DNA of 64,000 nt, taken from NCBI GenBank assembly GCA_001770205.1, contig MEQL01000039.1, positions 10,787 through 74,786 of the forward strand, given 5' to 3'. Shown piece by piece: positions 28,747 to 42,555 of the stretch (position 1 is its first letter; every line of letters starts with the position of its first letter). The translations under genes were made by a program, and so were the position numbers. The DNA comes from Bdellovibrionales bacterium RIFOXYD12_FULL_39_22 (GTDB lineage Bacteria; Bdellovibrionota; Bacteriovoracia; Bacteriovoracales; Bacteriovoracaceae). Under the pieces are notes generated by a model. It was given only the letters and a program-made list of their open reading frames with translations, had not been told where the DNA came from and ran no database searches.

Positions 28747-30831
28747 CTATATATAGATCCCCTTCTTTTCCAAAACTTGCTTGGCAATTTCTAAAGACAT
28801 TTCTTTGTAACAATCAAATGTCATCGTGAAACTTGCGCGCCCTTGCGTTTTCGAACGAAGATCTGTGCTGTAACCAAACATTTTAACTAGCGGCACTTCT
28901 GCTTGCACACAATCTTTGGATTGTTTCATTTCGATGTTTATAATTTTACCACCCTTCATATTGATATCGGAGATGACATCCCCTGTATAACTATTCGGCG
29001 TAACCACTTCCAGTGACATAATTGGCTCTAGCAGACGAAGTCCTGCTTTATGACAGGCCTCTTTAAATGCTTGCGCGGCCGCAATTACAAAACCAAGTTC
29101 GGTAGAAGTATCTTCTTGGTACTCTGCCGAAACTAAGGTCGCTTTAATATTGATAAATGGATAGCCGGCCATAGCACCTCCCAAGGCCGCATCATGAATG
29201 CTTTTTTCAATAGCATGCGCCAGCTCCTGTGGTAATTTATTATGCGCTATTTTATTAACAAAGGTTATTCCTCCCTGGTCATCACAAGGAGAAACCTCTA
29301 TGGTGGTTTGGCCCAATTGCATTTTTCCACCCAACTCTTTATTAAAAGTTACGGCCGCAGAAGCAGTGCTGCTAATGCTTTCTCGATATGACACTTGCGG
29401 TCTACCCACATTAACGGCAACATTAAATTCTCGCTGCAAACGATCGGCAATAATTTCAAGATGCAACTCTCCCATTCCAAAAATTAAAAGCTGTCCAGTT
29501 TCTTTGTTGTGATTATAGTTAAATGACGGATCTTCAAGTTTCAACTGGTCTAGTGTGGCCATTAATTTTTTTTCATCCGCGGTCGTTTTCGGCTCAATAG
29601 CAATTGAAATAACTGTTTCCGGAAATTTCATTAGATCATAAACAATAGGGTTATGCTCCACACATAAAGTAGCACTCGTGGTGGTAACCTTTAGTCCGGC
29701 AACGGCCACAATATCTCCAGCACCAGCGACTTGTAGCTCGGTTCTCTTATTAGCATGCATCTGTAAAATCTTATTTATACGCTCTCGTTTTTTTACCACT
29801 GAATTATAAACTGTTTGGCCAACCTTTAATTCCCCCGAATAAATACGAAGATAGGTTAGACTGCCAACAAATGGATCCGAAGCAATTTTAAAGGCCAAAG
29901 CACTAAATAGCTCGGCCGGATCTGGCCGGCGTGTCATTGTTTTCTCTGGATCTTTAGCACTATGTCCAACGATTTCTCCACGATCTAGTGGGGATGGCAA
30001 GTAATCAACTATTGCGTCTAAAAGAGGCTGAATTCCCTTGTTTTTGAAAGCACTACCACATAAGACTGGAATAAAAAATTTTGTGATAGTTGCTTTTCTA
30101 ATCACTTCTTTTATTTGCAAATTAGGAATCTCTATTCCTTCTATAAATTTTTCTGCAAAGTCATCGTCATAATCGGCCAATTTTTCAATCAAATCTTCTC
30201 GAAATATTCTACATTCATCCAAAATATTTGCGGGTATCTCCTCAATTGTGACTTTTTGTCCCTGATCCGCGTCCTTCCAGTAATGGGCCTTCATCTCTAT
30301 TAAATCGACCACTCCAGCAAAATTTTCTTCTATCCCAATCGGATATTGGATAGCCGCCGCCATTTTTCCCAACTTTTCTCTAATTTCTATTATGCAATTG
30401 TTAAAATCTGCCCCCATGCGATCCATTTTATTAACAAATGCTATTCGTGGAACATTATATTTATCGGCCTGCGCCCAAACCGTTTCAGATTGTGGCTCTA
30501 CTCCTGAAACACCATCAAAAACACCCACGGCACCATCCAACACTCGCAATGAACGCTCGACCTCTATCGTAAAATCTACATGCCCTGGAGTGTCTATTAT
30601 GTTGATACTGCAATTTTGCCACTTACAGGTTGTTGCCGCTGAAGTTATCGTAATCCCGCGTTCCTGCTCTTGCACCATCCAGTCCATGGTGGCAGTACCA
30701 TCATGAACTTCTCCTATTTTATAATTTTTTCCGGTGTAGAATAGAATGCGCTCAGTAGTAGTAGTTTTACCTGCGTCGATGTGCGCCATTATCCCAATAT
30801 TACGAATGAGCTCAAGCGGGGATGAGGCCAT
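28747..30831 (-). CDS. fusA: Translation elongation factor G
   Basis: [26 protein letters not shown] and NKMD GTPase motifs. 694 aa, downstream of rpsG. Confidence 0.97.
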   Translation of the reverse strand: MASSPLELIRNIGIMAHIDAGKTTTTERILFYTGKNYKIGEVHDGTATMDWMVQEQERGITITSAATTCKWQNCSINIIDTPGHVDFTIEVERSLRVLDGAVGVFDGVSGVEPQSETVWAQADKYNVPRIAFVNKMDRMGADFNNCIIEIREKLGKMAAAIQYPIGIEENFAGVVDLIEMKAHYWKDADQGQKVTIEEIPANILDECRIFREDLIEKLADYDDDFAEKFIEGIEIPNLQIKEVIRKATITKFFIPVLCGSAFKNKGIQPLLDAIVDYLPSPLDRGEIVGHSAKDPEKTMTRRPDPAELFSALAFKIASDPFVGSLTYLRIYSGELKVGQTVYNSVVKKRERINKILQMHANKRTELQVAGAGDIVAVAGLKVTTTSATLCVEHNPIVYDLMKFPETVISIAIEPKTTADEKKLMATLDQLKLEDPSFNYNHNKETGQLLIFGMGELHLEIIADRLQREFNVAVNVGRPQVSYRESISSTASAAVTFNKELGGKMQLGQTTIEVSPCDDQGGITFVNKIAHNKLPQELAHAIEKSIHDAALGGAMAGYPFINIKATLVSAEYQEDTSTELGFVIAAAQAFKEACHKAGLRLLEPIMSLEVVTPNSYTGDVISDINMKGGKIINIEMKQSKDCVQAEVPLVKMFGYSTDLRSKTQGRASFTMTFDCYKEMSLEIAKQVLEKKGIYI

Positions 30832-30860
30832 ATATGCTTCTTTGATTTAGATTGTGTCTA

Positions 30861-31331
30861 TTACCATTTAAGGTGAGCAAATGCTTTATTCGCCTCTGCC
30901 ATCTTGTAAACATCTTCTCTTTTCTTAACAGCGCCGCCACGATTATTTGCCGCATCTAGAATCTCTTCGGACAGCTTCTCTACCATGGATTTACCATTAC
31001 GCTCGCTTGCATAATCCCTCAACCAACGAAGCGCCAAGGATTGACGACGAGATGGACGAACCTCCACGGGGATTTGATAGTTCGCGCCGCCGATGCGGCG
31101 TGATTTGACTTCCACGGCCGGCTTAACATTATTTAATGCCTTCTTGAAAATCTTAATTGCCTCTTCTTGGCCTTTTTTTTCTATTTCTTCAAACGTAGCG
31201 TAAACAATCGCTTCGGCAGTTGATTTTTTACCACCAACCATCAAACAATTAATGAATTTAGAAACAACCACATCTTGATATTTAGGATCTGGTAAAACTT
31301 CTCTGACCTCGGCCTTATGTTTTCTGCTCAT
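30861..31331 (-). CDS. rpsG: 30S ribosomal protein S7
   Basis: [18 protein letters not shown]... ends in ...AFAHLKW. Canonical S7. Confidence 0.97.
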   Translation of the reverse strand: MSRKHKAEVREVLPDPKYQDVVVSKFINCLMVGGKKSTAEAIVYATFEEIEKKGQEEAIKIFKKALNNVKPAVEVKSRRIGGANYQIPVEVRPSRRQSLALRWLRDYASERNGKSMVEKLSEEILDAANNRGGAVKKREDVYKMAEANKAFAHLKW

Positions 31332-31381
31332 AACTTTGATTCCTCATCTTATTTAAAAAGCTATCTTGTATATATAACTAA

Positions 31382-31756
31382 CTATTTCTTTGGTTTTTTA
31401 CAACCATATTTGGAGCGCGATTGCTTCCGTTTATCAACTCCAGTGGCATCAAGAGATCCGCGCACAGTATGATAACGAACACCCGGTAGGTCTTTTACCC
31501 TTCCACCACGCACCAAAACGATGGAGTGTTCTTGCAAGTTATGCCCCTCGCCTCCAATGTATGATGTTACTTCAAATCCTGAACTCAACTTAACCCTGCA
31601 CACCTTTCTCATGGCAGAGTTTGGTTTTTTTGGAGTTGTCGTATAAACTCTGGTGCAGACCCCTCTTCGCTGCGGACACGCCTTAAGTGCTGGCGCTTTC
31701 GTTCTGCTAACTTTGTCCGATCTCCCCTTACGTATCAACTGATTAATGGTTGGCAT
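31382..31756 (-). CDS. rpsL: 30S ribosomal protein S12
   Basis: [12 protein letters not shown]...[11 protein letters not shown]... Canonical S12. Confidence 0.97.
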   Translation of the reverse strand: MPTINQLIRKGRSDKVSRTKAPALKACPQRRGVCTRVYTTTPKKPNSAMRKVCRVKLSSGFEVTSYIGGEGHNLQEHSIVLVRGGRVKDLPGVRYHTVRGSLDATGVDKRKQSRSKYGCKKPKK

Positions 31757-31775
31757 TCACCTGTCTCCCTTTTCT

Positions 31776-31820
31776 AAAAAATGCAATAGCTAGACTGATT
31801 AACATGCTAACCTAGCTATT
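31776..31820 (-). terminator. Hairpin plus U-tract between rpoC and rpsL (terminator/attenuator)
   Basis: 9-bp stem AATAGCTAG (31785-31793) / CTAGCTATT (31812-31820) with an 18-nt loop. On the minus strand it is followed by GCATTTTTT (A-run 31776-31781 on plus). Confidence 0.5.
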
Positions 31821-31831
31821 ACAAGTATTTT

Positions 31832-34800
31832 TTATATGCTAAGGCCGACTGTGGCCGAAGCAATTTCATCTGTCTCTTCTGTTTTCTTCTCAACCGCATC
31901 ATAGCCTCGGTACCTAGAGATACCACTTCCTGCAGGAATTAAACGGCCCATAATAACATTCTCTTTCAATCCTCGAAGATGATCCCTCTTTCCTTCCAAG
32001 GTAGCTTGCGTCAACACTTTAGTAGTCTCCTGGAAAGAAGCCGCCGAAATGAATGATTCAGTAGTCAGAGAGGCCTTTGTAATTCCCAAAAGTAATGGCT
32101 TTGCTTCTGCCGGTGCCTCACCTGCGGCCACTAACTTCTCATTGGTCTCTATAAATTCCGATTTAGTAACCGAATCACCAGTAATAAAGAAGGAATCCCC
32201 TGGGTTGGTAATTTCAACTTTCTGCAACATACGGCTAACAATAACCTCAATATGCTTATCATCTATACGAACACCTTGTAGGCGATAAACCTCTTGGATC
32301 TCATCAACGATATAACGCGCAAGGGCCTTAATACCCATAACGCGAAGTAGATCATGCGGATTGCTTGGCCCATCCATAATAGGCTCTCCAGCACGAATAT
32401 AGTCACCTTCGTTAACAATAACGTAACGTCCCTTGGGAATTGTATAGGTAATCGGATCAGATCCATCTTCTGGGCGAATAATAACTCGGCGATTTCCACG
32501 AAGTTCTGGCCCAAATTCAACCGTACCAGAAATATCTGAAATCTGTGCAGCATTAGAGGGCTTACGCGCTTCGAACAATTCCGCAACACGAGGAAGACCC
32601 CCGGTGATATCTTTGGTCTTTGTTGTTTCTCGCTGCACTTTAACAATCGCAGAACCAATTTCAATTTTTTGTTTATCAGCAACGATGATGTGTGATCCTA
32701 CTGGCAGTCGATAGACCGCTTGTCGATTTGTTCCTGGAACAATAACTGGACGATCACTCTCATCAATAATCATAACCCGTGGTTGCAAGGCCACATCTTT
32801 TGATTCTGTTACTACTCGATGGGTTAATCCCGTCACAGCATCAACCTGTTCACTCACCGTGTTTCCAGTAACTAGGTCAATATACTTAATGTAACCTGAG
32901 GCCTCTGTTAGCACTGGAATAGCAAATGGATCCCACTCTAAAATCCTATCCCCAACATTTACGTGAGTTCCTTCTTTAAAGAAAATAGTTGCTCCGTAAA
33001 TAGCTGGATAACGCTCTTTTTCTACTCCGGCTTCATTTTTGATTACGATCTCACCAGTTTTATTCATGATGATCATCGTGCCTTCATCTGTAGTAGCAAT
33101 TTTTACGTGGTCAAAATGGATTGTACCAGCAGTCCGAACTTCTGTTTTGTTTACCTGAGCACCTGCCGTTGCGGTTCCCCCAACGTGAAAGGTTCTCATT
33201 GTTAACTGAGTTCCTGGCTCTCCGATTGATTGTGCCGCAATAACGCCAACGGTTTCACCAACACTGACCATTTTTCCTCTGGCCAAATCTTGGCCAAAGC
33301 AATGCGCACAAAAACCATGAGCGACTCTACAAGTTAGTACGGAACGTACCTTCACCTGATCAATTCCAAAATCTTGAAATTTTTGTTTATCGTCCGGAGA
33401 AAACATATGGCCTTTGGGAAAAATTTCTGAGCCATCAGGGCCCAATACTGGGCCGGCAGCAAGTCGTCCCATTACTCGATCACTTACATGTTCAACAATT
33501 TCTCCAGATTCAACTCTTGAAGTTAGGATAATACCATCGGTTGTTTCACAATCAATTATACGAATAATACCATCCTGTGCAACGTCAACCAAGCGTCTTG
33601 TTAAATAACCTGAATTGGCCGTTTTTAACGCCGTATCAGCAAGACCTTTTCGCGCTCCATGGGTCGAGGAAAAGTATTCCAAAACAGATAATCCCTCTCG
33701 AAAGTTGGAGGTAATCGGTGTTTCAATAATCTCGCCTGATGGCTTGGCCATCAAACCTCGCATACCGGCCAACTGGCGTAGCTGAGCGTTAGAACCTCGT
33801 GCTCCAGAATCGGCCATAATAAAAAGCGAGTTAAAAGACGGTGCCGTTACAGACTCTCCATCTTTACTTGTAAACTTCTGAGTAGATAGCTGTTCGATCA
33901 TAACCTTAGATAGTTTTTCGTGAGTTTGCGACCAAACATCTACTACTTTATTATAACGTTCTCCATTGGTAATCGATCCTTCGTTATACTCTTCGGTAAT
34001 TTTATCAACTTCTCCATAGGCCTCTTTTAGGATTTTACCTTTTACTGCTGGAATGGCCATATCGTTAACATTGATAGAAATTCCCGCTTTAGTAGCATAT
34101 TCGTATCCTAGGCGCATGATAGCATCAGCAAGAAGCACAGTATCCTTTTCGTTACCCTTCCTATATGCGGTATCAATAAGTTTTCCGAGTGCCTTTTTAT
34201 TTAAAATTTTATTAACATCAGCATACTCAAGACAACTAGGTGCTACGTCATAAACGAAAGTACGTCCTACTGTGGTCTCTTCCATCTTATTGTTAATTCG
34301 CACTCTGATTGGCGCTTGTAGATGCAAATTACCTGTATGGTAAGCAAATTGGGCCTCTTCTTTGGATGAGAAAACACGTCCATGCCCTTGAGCAAACGGA
34401 CGAATTCTTGTCATATAGTAAAGTCCTAAAACAATATCTTGTGATGGAACAATAATTGGTGTTCCATCTTTTGGAGACAAAATATTATTAGTAGACATTG
34501 CTAAAATACGACACTCTACTTGTGCCTCAATAGATAACGGAACATGTACTGCCATCTGGTCACCATCAAAGTCAGCATTAAAAGCAGTACAAACTAGGGG
34601 ATGAAGCTGAATAGCTTTTCCTTCGATCAGCACTGGCTCAAACCCCTGAATACCAAGACGATGCAAAGTAGGAGCACGATTAAGTAAAACTGGATGCTCG
34701 CGAACTACTTCATCTAAAATATCCCACACCTCTTGTTTTTGTTGGTCAACCATTCGCTTGGCCACTTTGATGGTAGTGCAATGGCCTTTTTCGATTAACT

Positions 34801-35959
34801 TGTTATAGATAAATGGTTTGAACAATTCTAGCGCCATCAGCTTCGGAAGTCCGCACTGATGTAATCTTAAATTCGGGCCAACCACAATAACTGATCGTCC
34901 AGAATAGTCCACTCGTTTTCCCAAAAGATTTTGGCGGAAACGCCCTTGTTTTCCTTTCAACATATCAGACAGTGAACGTAGTGGCCGCTTATTTGCGCCA
35001 GTAAAGACCTTTCCTCGACGTCCATTATCGAAGAGAGCATCAACTGCCTCTTGTAACATTCGCTTCTCATTACGAATAATAATCTCGGGAGCATTCAACT
35101 CTTTTAAGCGACGTAATCGATTATTTCTGTTAATAACGCGACGATAGAGATCATTCAAATCTGAGGTAGCAAATCGTCCGGCCTCTAATGGAACTAATGG
35201 GCGAAGATCTGGTGGTAACACCGGAATTACATCCATCATGAACCAATCTGGCCGATTTTCAGAACGCAAAATTGATTCGATGACCTTCAATCGTTTTACT
35301 ACTTTTGCCCTTTGCATTTCAGTGGTAGTGGATTTTAGTTCCCGACGAAGTTCTTTGTTTTGAGTATCTAGATCAATCTTCTTTAAAAGATCTTTTATTA
35401 CCTCACCACCCATACCGGCCTCAAATTCTATTTTGGCCTCTTTCATTTCATTGTATTGTTGCTCGGTAACGATTCTTCCAATCTCAAGGCCATTATCGTT
35501 GTTTGTATCTTTTACGTGGGTAATAATCAACGCTTCGTAATACAAAACTCTCTCTAGATCTTTTAGTGATAGATCTAGCAATGCCCCAATTCTAGATGGA
35601 AGAGAGCGTAAAAACCAGATATGCGCAACTGGTGCGGCCAATTCGATATGGCCGCAACGCTCACGACGTACTTTTGAAAGTGTGACCTCGACGCCACATT
35701 TCTCGCATACGACCCCGCGATGTTTCATTCGTTTGTACTTCCCGCAGATACACTCATAGTCTTTCACTGGCCCAAAAATTTTGGCACAAAAAAGTCCATC
35801 TCGTTCTGGTTTGAAAGTCCTATAGTTGATGGTTTCTGGTTTTTTCACTTCACCAAACGACCACTCTCGAATGGTATCTGGTGAGGCCAGCTTAATAGAA
35901 ACTGCTTCAACGCTGATTGGATCTTTGGGTTTGTCGAAAAAATTTAAAAGGTCTTTCAT
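31832..35959 (-). CDS. rpoC: DNA-directed RNA polymerase subunit beta'
   Basis: 1375 aa with the zinc motif CICGKYK...CEKCGVEV and the catalytic [12 protein letters not shown]. Confidence 0.98.
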   Translation of the reverse strand: MKDLLNFFDKPKDPISVEAVSIKLASPDTIREWSFGEVKKPETINYRTFKPERDGLFCAKIFGPVKDYECICGKYKRMKHRGVVCEKCGVEVTLSKVRRERCGHIELAAPVAHIWFLRSLPSRIGALLDLSLKDLERVLYYEALIITHVKDTNNDNGLEIGRIVTEQQYNEMKEAKIEFEAGMGGEVIKDLLKKIDLDTQNKELRRELKSTTTEMQRAKVVKRLKVIESILRSENRPDWFMMDVIPVLPPDLRPLVPLEAGRFATSDLNDLYRRVINRNNRLRRLKELNAPEIIIRNEKRMLQEAVDALFDNGRRGKVFTGANKRPLRSLSDMLKGKQGRFRQNLLGKRVDYSGRSVIVVGPNLRLHQCGLPKLMALELFKPFIYNKLIEKGHCTTIKVAKRMVDQQKQEVWDILDEVVREHPVLLNRAPTLHRLGIQGFEPVLIEGKAIQLHPLVCTAFNADFDGDQMAVHVPLSIEAQVECRILAMSTNNILSPKDGTPIIVPSQDIVLGLYYMTRIRPFAQGHGRVFSSKEEAQFAYHTGNLHLQAPIRVRINNKMEETTVGRTFVYDVAPSCLEYADVNKILNKKALGKLIDTAYRKGNEKDTVLLADAIMRLGYEYATKAGISINVNDMAIPAVKGKILKEAYGEVDKITEEYNEGSITNGERYNKVVDVWSQTHEKLSKVMIEQLSTQKFTSKDGESVTAPSFNSLFIMADSGARGSNAQLRQLAGMRGLMAKPSGEIIETPITSNFREGLSVLEYFSSTHGARKGLADTALKTANSGYLTRRLVDVAQDGIIRIIDCETTDGIILTSRVESGEIVEHVSDRVMGRLAAGPVLGPDGSEIFPKGHMFSPDDKQKFQDFGIDQVKVRSVLTCRVAHGFCAHCFGQDLARGKMVSVGETVGVIAAQSIGEPGTQLTMRTFHVGGTATAGAQVNKTEVRTAGTIHFDHVKIATTDEGTMIIMNKTGEIVIKNEAGVEKERYPAIYGATIFFKEGTHVNVGDRILEWDPFAIPVLTEASGYIKYIDLVTGNTVSEQVDAVTGLTHRVVTESKDVALQPRVMIIDESDRPVIVPGTNRQAVYRLPVGSHIIVADKQKIEIGSAIVKVQRETTKTKDITGGLPRVAELFEARKPSNAAQISDISGTVEFGPELRGNRRVIIRPEDGSDPITYTIPKGRYVIVNEGDYIRAGEPIMDGPSNPHDLLRVMGIKALARYIVDEIQEVYRLQGVRIDDKHIEVIVSRMLQKVEITNPGDSFFITGDSVTKSEFIETNEKLVAAGEAPAEAKPLLLGITKASLTTESFISAASFQETTKVLTQATLEGKRDHLRGLKENVIMGRLIPAGSGISRYRGYDAVEKKTEETDEIASATVGLSI

Positions 35960-35997
35960 TGAGCTAAGCTCCTTATCAAAGTGTTTACACTAATTTG

Positions 35998-38900
35998 TTA
36001 CTGTTGGTTTGCCTGTTCTTCTTCAGTGTTTTCTTCCAGCTTTATGTCTAAACATAACGCTTGTAGTTCGCGAATAAGAACATTGAATGACTCCGGCAGT
36101 CCTGGTTCTAATACATGTTCACCTTTTACGATAGACTCATACATCCTGGTTCTTCCAATAACATCATCCGATTTTACTGTCAGGAACTCTTGCAGTGTGT
36201 ATGCCGCTCCATATGCTTCAAGCGCCCACACTTCCATCTCTCCTAATCTCTGGCCACCAAATTGAGCTTTACCGCCCAATGGCTGCTGGGTAACTAGTGA
36301 GTAAGGCCCGGTTGAACGAGCATGAATTTTCTCGTCTACTAGATGGTGTAATTTCAACATATACATTGTGCCAACAGTGACTTCTTCTGCAAAAGCATCT
36401 CCGTTAACTCCGTTAAACAAGGTCGTCTTTCCAGTTTTATCCAAATCACCAAGTTCTAACATTTCTTGGATGTCTTTCTCTCCGGCACCTGCAAACACCT
36501 GAGTGGAAAAACGCACACCAGCAGATAGCTGTTGTGCTACTTCTTTTACTCTTGCATCGCTAGCGGAGACAAGCCACTGTTTTACCTCTTCAGTTTTATA
36601 GATTTTATAGATAAAATCTTTCAGCTGATGAATTTCAACTTGCTCTTCTAACATATTCTTAAACTTTTCGCCTAATCCGCGGCCTGCCCATCCTAGATGC
36701 AACTCTAGTAGCTGGCCGATATTCATACGAGACGGAACCCCTAGTGGATTTAAAATCAGATCAACTGGTGTTCCATCCGCTAAATACGGCATATCTTCTG
36801 CTGGTAGAACGTTTGAAATAACACCTTTATTACCATGTCGACCGGCCATTTTATCACCGGCCTGAAGCTTACGCTTAATGGCAATATAGATAATTACCTT
36901 TTTAATAACACCGGGTGGAAGTTCGTCTCCACGATTTAATTTTGAGATCTCTTCATTGGCCTTGTTGCGCACTCTTGTGATGCGGTTTTTAACATCTGCA
37001 AAGTACTCGCTCAATTTTTCTTCAAGCGCTGCCTCCAGTGGAATGTAACCAATCAATTCAAAAGGAATGGTGCTAAGAGTTTCAATTGTTAACTCCACAC
37101 CTTTTGCTAAGATCTCAGTCGAACCATCTTCTGAAACCAATTTATCTGTCGTTTTTGCACCTTTTAACATTTTGGCAATTCGAATAAGCGAGGAGGTTTG
37201 AATTGATTTAATTTCAATTTTCTCATCTCGCCGGATCAAAGTTGTCTCATTGTCAATAATTTCTCGAGAGCGAGAGTCTAGCTCAACGCCTTCACGAATA
37301 TACACTTTCGCATCAATTACCGTTCCTCGCACAGAAGATGGAACACGAAGCGAGGTATCTTTAACATCGCCGGCCTTGTCACCAAAAATTGCCTTTAACA
37401 ATTTCTCTTCTGGGGATAGTTGTGACTCACCTTTAGGGGTAATCTTTCCAACTAAAACATCGCCTGGCTTAACAATAGCACCAATACGAATAATTCCCGC
37501 TTCATCTAATTCCTTCAGCGCCTCTTCGCTAACGTTTGGAATATCGCGAGTGATCTCTTCTTTTCCTAATTTTGTGTCACGCGCTTCCACCTCAAAACTC
37601 TCAATGTGAATAGAGGTAAAAATATCGCGCGCAAGCAGCTCTTCGTTTATCAAAATCGAATCTTCGTAATTATATCCACCCCACGGCATGAAAGCTACCA
37701 GCACGTTTTGTCCAAGTGCTAAATCTCCCATTTGAGTTGCAGGCCCATCTGCGATAACCATTCCTTTAGTTACCTTGTCGCCCTCTTTTACAAGCGCTCT
37801 TTGATTATTGCAGGTATTCTGATTGGTTCGTTGATACTTCACCAACTTATAGATATCAACTCCCGACTCGCCCTCTGCGAATTTATCACGCTGAATAACA
37901 ATTCTGGTTGAATCAACAAATATAACCTTACCGGCATCTTTGGCAAAAAGAATTGCTCCAGAATCTCTGGCAACAATCGCCTCAACTCCTGTTCCAACCA
38001 TTGGAGCATCCGTTTTAACAACAGGAACCGCTTGTCGCATCATGTTTGATCCCATCAAGGCACGATTGGCATCATCATGTTCCAAAAATGGAATCATGGA
38101 TGTTGCTATCGAGATCATCTGATTGGGCGAAATATCCATCAAGTCAACGTCATCATGATGAACCAAGGCAAATTCACCAGCTCGTCGTGCTGGAACGTGC
38201 TCCCCCTCTACTTTACCACGCAGAAGAAACTCATTATTAACCTGCGCAATAACTTTTCCTTCTTCTTGAAAAGCAGAAAAATAACGAATATCATTGGTCA
38301 ATTCACCATTTTCATTAACAACCTGATATGGCGTCTCAATGAAGCCGTAGTCAGAAACTCGTGCATAAGTTGCAAGAGAGGTTATCAAACCAATATTTGG
38401 CCCCTCTGGAGTCTCAACCGGACACATTCTTCCGTAGTGTGTTCCGTGAACGTCACGGACTTCAAATCCGGCCCTTTCACGAGTCAGACCTCCAGGCCCT
38501 AGCGCCGACAAACGACGTTTGTGGGTAATTTCTGAAAGGGGATTGGTTTGATCCATGAACTGAGAAAGTTGTGATGAACCAAAAAATTCTTTTACTGCCG
38601 CAGCCACTGGTTTTTGATTAACCAAATCGTACGGCATCATCGTCTCAATTTCTTGAATTGCCATGCGCTCTTTTACGGCGCGCTCCATTCTTACCAGACC
38701 AACGCGAAATTGATTTTCAAGCAACTCACCTACTGCTCGCACTCGTCGATTTCCGAGGTGATCGATATCATCAACTTTCCCTTTTCCATTATTTAGATCA
38801 ACCAGGTACTGAATAGTTCTGACAATATCGTCTTTAGTTAAAATCGTTTGCTCATCAGGAATATCCAATCCAAATTTGTAATTAATCTTCATCCTTCCAA

Positions 38901-40134
38901 CTTTAGAAAGATCATATCTTTCACCGTTGAAAAATAGATTTTGAAATAAGCTGGTAGCAGCTTCAATGGCCGGTGGCTCTCCTGGGCGGAGGCGTTCAAA
39001 TATTTTAACTAATGCGTCCTCACTTGAATCAGTTTTGTCCATCAACAAAGTATTACGGATTTGATCTCCGTAATTAATCATGTCGATATATAAAACCTCA
39101 ACATTTTTAACTCCTGCGGCCAACAATTGATGAATCTTCTCTTCACTAATCGCCTCGTTGGCCTGGCAAATAACTTCGCCAGTGCTCTCATCAAAGATAT
39201 CTTTGGCCACAATTTTACCGGCGATCTCTTCAAGATCCGATTCAATTGTATTAATATTCAGCGTTTTCATCTCTTTGATGGCAACTTTCGTAAATTTTTT
39301 ACCACTCTTAATTAAAACGGCACCACCTTTAGGATTAACTATATCATTTTTTGCTCTGGTCCCTAAAAGTAAATTAGGATCTACCGTACGAGAGTATTTT
39401 CCATCTTTTGTGAAATTTATAACTTCTTTGTGATAAAACAGGTCTAAAATTTCCTGAATAGAATACCCCATCGCCTTCAAAATTACAGTCGCGTGTAACT
39501 TGCGCTTTCTATCTATCCTTGCATACAATATATTTTTATGATCGAATTCAAAATCTAGCCAAGATCCTCTGTGTGGAATAATTCTGGCCGAATATAAAAG
39601 TTTACCACTGGAGTGTTTCTTCCCACTATCGTGCTCAAACACAATACCTGGAGAACGATGTAACTGAGAAACAATAACTCTTTCCGTTCCGTTGTAAACA
39701 AAAGAACCGGTAGGTGCCATCAATGGAATATTTCCTAAATAAACTTCCTGCTCTTTGATAGAAGATACTGTTCGCTCTTCTTCACCATCTTTCCCAGCAG
39801 TCAAATCGTAGAAAATCAGACGAACAACAACTTTGAGTGGTGACTCGTAAGACAATCCTCGCTGTCGACATTCTTTGACGTCATACTTTGGATTCTCCAG
39901 TGTATAACTAACAAATTCCAATGAAACCGTCTTATTAAAATCGTAAATTGGAAAAACCGAGTTAAAAACTGCTTGCAGTCCACGATTTTCACGCCGTGCT
40001 GGCGGAATATTTCGTTGCAAAAAGTCTTCGTATGATTTTAATTGTAAATTAACTAGTGGCGGCGTTTCCATTTCTGTATTGGTAGATTCGAAACCCTTTC
40101 TGTACCACTGATTGGGAGAGAAAATTGAAGTCAT
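35998..40134 (-). CDS. rpoB: DNA-directed RNA polymerase subunit beta
   Basis: Conserved rpoB blocks ([40 protein letters not shown]-like [21 protein letters not shown]). I start it at ATG rc 40132-40134 (MTSIFSPNQ..) with AAGGGGA SD 6 nt upstream, rather than the TTG at 40158. Confidence 0.97.
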   Translation of the reverse strand: MTSIFSPNQWYRKGFESTNTEMETPPLVNLQLKSYEDFLQRNIPPARRENRGLQAVFNSVFPIYDFNKTVSLEFVSYTLENPKYDVKECRQRGLSYESPLKVVVRLIFYDLTAGKDGEEERTVSSIKEQEVYLGNIPLMAPTGSFVYNGTERVIVSQLHRSPGIVFEHDSGKKHSSGKLLYSARIIPHRGSWLDFEFDHKNILYARIDRKRKLHATVILKAMGYSIQEILDLFYHKEVINFTKDGKYSRTVDPNLLLGTRAKNDIVNPKGGAVLIKSGKKFTKVAIKEMKTLNINTIESDLEEIAGKIVAKDIFDESTGEVICQANEAISEEKIHQLLAAGVKNVEVLYIDMINYGDQIRNTLLMDKTDSSEDALVKIFERLRPGEPPAIEAATSLFQNLFFNGERYDLSKVGRMKINYKFGLDIPDEQTILTKDDIVRTIQYLVDLNNGKGKVDDIDHLGNRRVRAVGELLENQFRVGLVRMERAVKERMAIQEIETMMPYDLVNQKPVAAAVKEFFGSSQLSQFMDQTNPLSEITHKRRLSALGPGGLTRERAGFEVRDVHGTHYGRMCPVETPEGPNIGLITSLATYARVSDYGFIETPYQVVNENGELTNDIRYFSAFQEEGKVIAQVNNEFLLRGKVEGEHVPARRAGEFALVHHDDVDLMDISPNQMISIATSMIPFLEHDDANRALMGSNMMRQAVPVVKTDAPMVGTGVEAIVARDSGAILFAKDAGKVIFVDSTRIVIQRDKFAEGESGVDIYKLVKYQRTNQNTCNNQRALVKEGDKVTKGMVIADGPATQMGDLALGQNVLVAFMPWGGYNYEDSILINEELLARDIFTSIHIESFEVEARDTKLGKEEITRDIPNVSEEALKELDEAGIIRIGAIVKPGDVLVGKITPKGESQLSPEEKLLKAIFGDKAGDVKDTSLRVPSSVRGTVIDAKVYIREGVELDSRSREIIDNETTLIRRDEKIEIKSIQTSSLIRIAKMLKGAKTTDKLVSEDGSTEILAKGVELTIETLSTIPFELIGYIPLEAALEEKLSEYFADVKNRITRVRNKANEEISKLNRGDELPPGVIKKVIIYIAIKRKLQAGDKMAGRHGNKGVISNVLPAEDMPYLADGTPVDLILNPLGVPSRMNIGQLLELHLGWAGRGLGEKFKNMLEEQVEIHQLKDFIYKIYKTEEVKQWLVSASDARVKEVAQQLSAGVRFSTQVFAGAGEKDIQEMLELGDLDKTGKTTLFNGVNGDAFAEEVTVGTMYMLKLHHLVDEKIHARSTGPYSLVTQQPLGGKAQFGGQRLGEMEVWALEAYGAAYTLQEFLTVKSDDVIGRTRMYESIVKGEHVLEPGLPESFNVLIRELQALCLDIKLEENTEEEQANQQ

Positions 40135-40197
40135 TTTGGATCCCCTTAGCGAAAGCAAGTCGTATTAATAATTTTCCCTAAATCCTAACGATAAATA

Positions 40198-40230
40198 AGA
40201 AATTGCCAGAAGCTACTTCCAGCAATTTCT
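40198..40230 (-). terminator. rplL-rpoB intergenic hairpin (probable partial terminator/attenuator)
   Basis: AGAAATTGC..GAAG-loop-CTTC..GCAATTTCT: a 9+4 bp stem with a symmetric 2-nt internal loop, followed on the minus strand by the T-rich TTATTTATCGTT. It occupies the same position as the known E. coli rplL-rpoB attenuator. Confidence 0.5.
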
Positions 40231-40255
40231 TTAAATTTATCAAACAAAAAACAAA

Positions 40256-40627
40256 TTACTTAAGCTCAACTTTCGCGCCTGCTGCCTCTAGAACTTTTTT
40301 CATATTCTCGGCATCGGCCTTAGCAACACCTTCCTTAACCACTTGAGGAGCTCCTTCTACAAGGTCTTTTGCCTCTTTAAGTCCAAGTCCAGTAATTGTT
40401 CTAATCTCTTTGATAACGTTGATTTTTTTGTCGCCAGCATTGGCCAAAACAACGGTAAATTCGGTCTTCTCTGCAGCAGCTTCAGTTGTTGCCGCAGCGG
40501 CACCAGCAACAGCAACTGGAGCAGCGGAAACACCAAATTTAGTTTCCATTTCTTTAACTAGATTTGCTAGATCTAATACAGACATTTTAGAAACGTGTTC
40601 AATCAATTGTTCATTTGTAATACTCAT
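40256..40627 (-). CDS. rplL: 50S ribosomal protein L7/L12
   Basis: [33 protein letters not shown]..., an Ala-rich hinge, and ...[17 protein letters not shown]. Confidence 0.97.
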   Translation of the reverse strand: MSITNEQLIEHVSKMSVLDLANLVKEMETKFGVSAAPVAVAGAAAATTEAAAEKTEFTVVLANAGDKKINVIKEIRTITGLGLKEAKDLVEGAPQVVKEGVAKADAENMKKVLEAAGAKVELK

Positions 40628-40675
40628 AATAACTCCTTATAAAAAAATAATTTATTAAATATTTTGTTAATTATC

Positions 40676-41176
40676 CTATGCTGCCTGTTCTTTTTCTTTC
40701 TTCTCTCTAACTGCGTCCAACACTCTCACAAACGAAGAAGCAGGTGCCATGAAAGTTGCGAGCAACGTTGCCAGCATTTGTGGTTTGCTTGGCAAGCTGG
40801 CCAATTGCTTAATGTCGTTAGTATTAAGTAATTTCCCATCTAACATACCGCCGCGAAGAGTAACCAACTCTTTTTCAGCTCCGGCATCTCGTAAGCACTT
40901 TGCAACCGCGGCCACATCATCGTAGGCAAAAGCTACCGCACTTGACCCTTTTAAATTGACCAAAAGTTTTTCATAGTCTGTTCCCTTGGCCGCAATTTCA
41001 AACAGAGAATTCTTGGTAATCATTAGTTTACCCTTAACATCTCTGACGCTTTTTCTAATTGCGTTAGCGTTATTACTCTCAATGCCAACCAAATTAGTTA
41101 GAAAAATGGCCTTGGCCTTGCTGATATTGGTTTTAACTTCTCCAATCACAGCCTCTTTTTCCGCTCGATTCATCAT
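40676..41176 (-). CDS. rplJ: 50S ribosomal protein L10
   Basis: MMNRAEKEAVIGEVK...; 166 aa, upstream of rplL. Confidence 0.95.
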   Translation of the reverse strand: MMNRAEKEAVIGEVKTNISKAKAIFLTNLVGIESNNANAIRKSVRDVKGKLMITKNSLFEIAAKGTDYEKLLVNLKGSSAVAFAYDDVAAVAKCLRDAGAEKELVTLRGGMLDGKLLNTNDIKQLASLPSKPQMLATLLATFMAPASSFVRVLDAVREKKEKEQAA

Positions 41177-41296
41177 AAGTCCCTCCTATTTCATCACTAT
41201 GTTCATCTCGAAGTCAGGGGGAGATTTCCGGCAGGCATTACACGTTTATCTGGTGAGGAACAACGCAACCGACCATCTTCAATCCCACAAACTTAT
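41177..41296 (-). promoter_or_regulatory. Possible structured L10 (rplJ) leader
   Basis: A 120-nt untranslated gap between rplA and rplJ with GC-rich pairing potential (GGTCGGTTGCG..., CCTGCCGG...). L10-L12 autoregulatory leaders occupy this position in many bacteria. I did not verify a fold. Confidence 0.3.
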
Positions 41297-41998
41297 TTAT
41301 GATACCTGTAACGCCTCTTGTGCATCTACGCAAATACTGGGGCCCATTGTAGTGCTGATATAAAGCGACTTAAGATAAGTCCCCTTTGCACTCGATGGCT
41401 TGGCCTTAACGATTGCTGCAATGATAGCATTAAAATTTTCTTTGATTTTGGCGGCATCAAATGATCGCTTTCCTATTGGAACATGGACAATCCCGCTTTT
41501 TTCTGTGCGATATTCAACGATACCGGCCTTTTGCTCTTTAACCGCCTTCACGACATCAGTGGTGACCGTCCCCAGCTTGGGATTAGGCATAAGTCCGCGA
41601 GGGCCAAGCAATCGACCAATTTTTCCAAGTTTTCCCATCATGTCTGGAGACGCGATTACTCGATCAAAATCCATCCATCCGGTAGAAATTTTCTGGATAA
41701 TATCATCGCCACCTGAAAAATCAGCTCCCGCAGCTTCCGCCTGGCCAATTTTCTCACCAGAAGTAATAACTACTACGCGTACACTTTTTCCAGTTCCTGC
41801 TGGCAACGAAATGGCCCCACGAATCATCTGATCCGCATGCCGAGGATCAACTCCTAAGCGAAACGCCACATCAACTGTTTCATCGAATTTAGTAAAAGAG
41901 GTCTCTTTTACTAGCTTAACGGCATCATCGATCGAATAGACTTTTTTCGGATCAACTTTTTTTGCCGCCTCTAAATACTTTTTTGATCTTTTTTTCAT
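41297..41998 (-). CDS. rplA: 50S ribosomal protein L1
   Basis: [16 protein letters not shown]...[24 protein letters not shown]... Canonical L1. Confidence 0.97.
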   Translation of the reverse strand: MKKRSKKYLEAAKKVDPKKVYSIDDAVKLVKETSFTKFDETVDVAFRLGVDPRHADQMIRGAISLPAGTGKSVRVVVITSGEKIGQAEAAGADFSGGDDIIQKISTGWMDFDRVIASPDMMGKLGKIGRLLGPRGLMPNPKLGTVTTDVVKAVKEQKAGIVEYRTEKSGIVHVPIGKRSFDAAKIKENFNAIIAAIVKAKPSSAKGTYLKSLYISTTMGPSICVDAQEALQVS

Positions 41999-42070
41999 AA
42001 AACTCCCCGGTAAAAGCGATCTTGGAAGATCTCCCGTGTTGTTGTTAATAAACTATTATTAAATTTTTCT

Positions 42071-42496
42071 TTAGTAATCCAGTTTTAATCCCATCGAACG
42101 GGCAGATCCCTCGATAGTTTTCATCCCCGCCTCTAAGCTGGCCGCAGTTAAGTCCGGCTCCTTTGCCTTAACTACTTCTTCTACCACTCGCTTAGAAACA
42201 CTTCCGGCAAACTCATGTCCAGGCTTTTGAGATCCCTTAGCAAGCTTCAGTTTATCTTTTATAAGATAAGAGGCAGGAGGAGTTTTTGTCACGAAAGAAA
42301 ATGAACGGTCAGAATAGACCGTTATGATAGTTGGAAGAATTACTCCGCTTTCTTTTTGTGTTTTTGCATTAAAGGCCTTGCAAAATTCCATTATGTTAAC
42401 ACCTTTCTGTCCAAGTGCTGGCCCGATTGGTGGAGATGGATTTGCTTTTCCGCCAGGAATTTGTAACTTAATAAAACCAGTAACTTTCTTTGCCAC
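42071..42496 (-). CDS. rplK: 50S ribosomal protein L11
   Basis: [43 protein letters not shown]. Canonical L11. Confidence 0.97.
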   Translation of the reverse strand: MAKKVTGFIKLQIPGGKANPSPPIGPALGQKGVNIMEFCKAFNAKTQKESGVILPTIITVYSDRSFSFVTKTPPASYLIKDKLKLAKGSQKPGHEFAGSVSKRVVEEVVKAKEPDLTAASLEAGMKTIEGSARSMGLKLDY

Positions 42497-42555
42497 ATTT
42501 CACCCCATATTTTGCGCCATCTTTTGGCGAACCATATTGTTTTTTAATACCTTTT

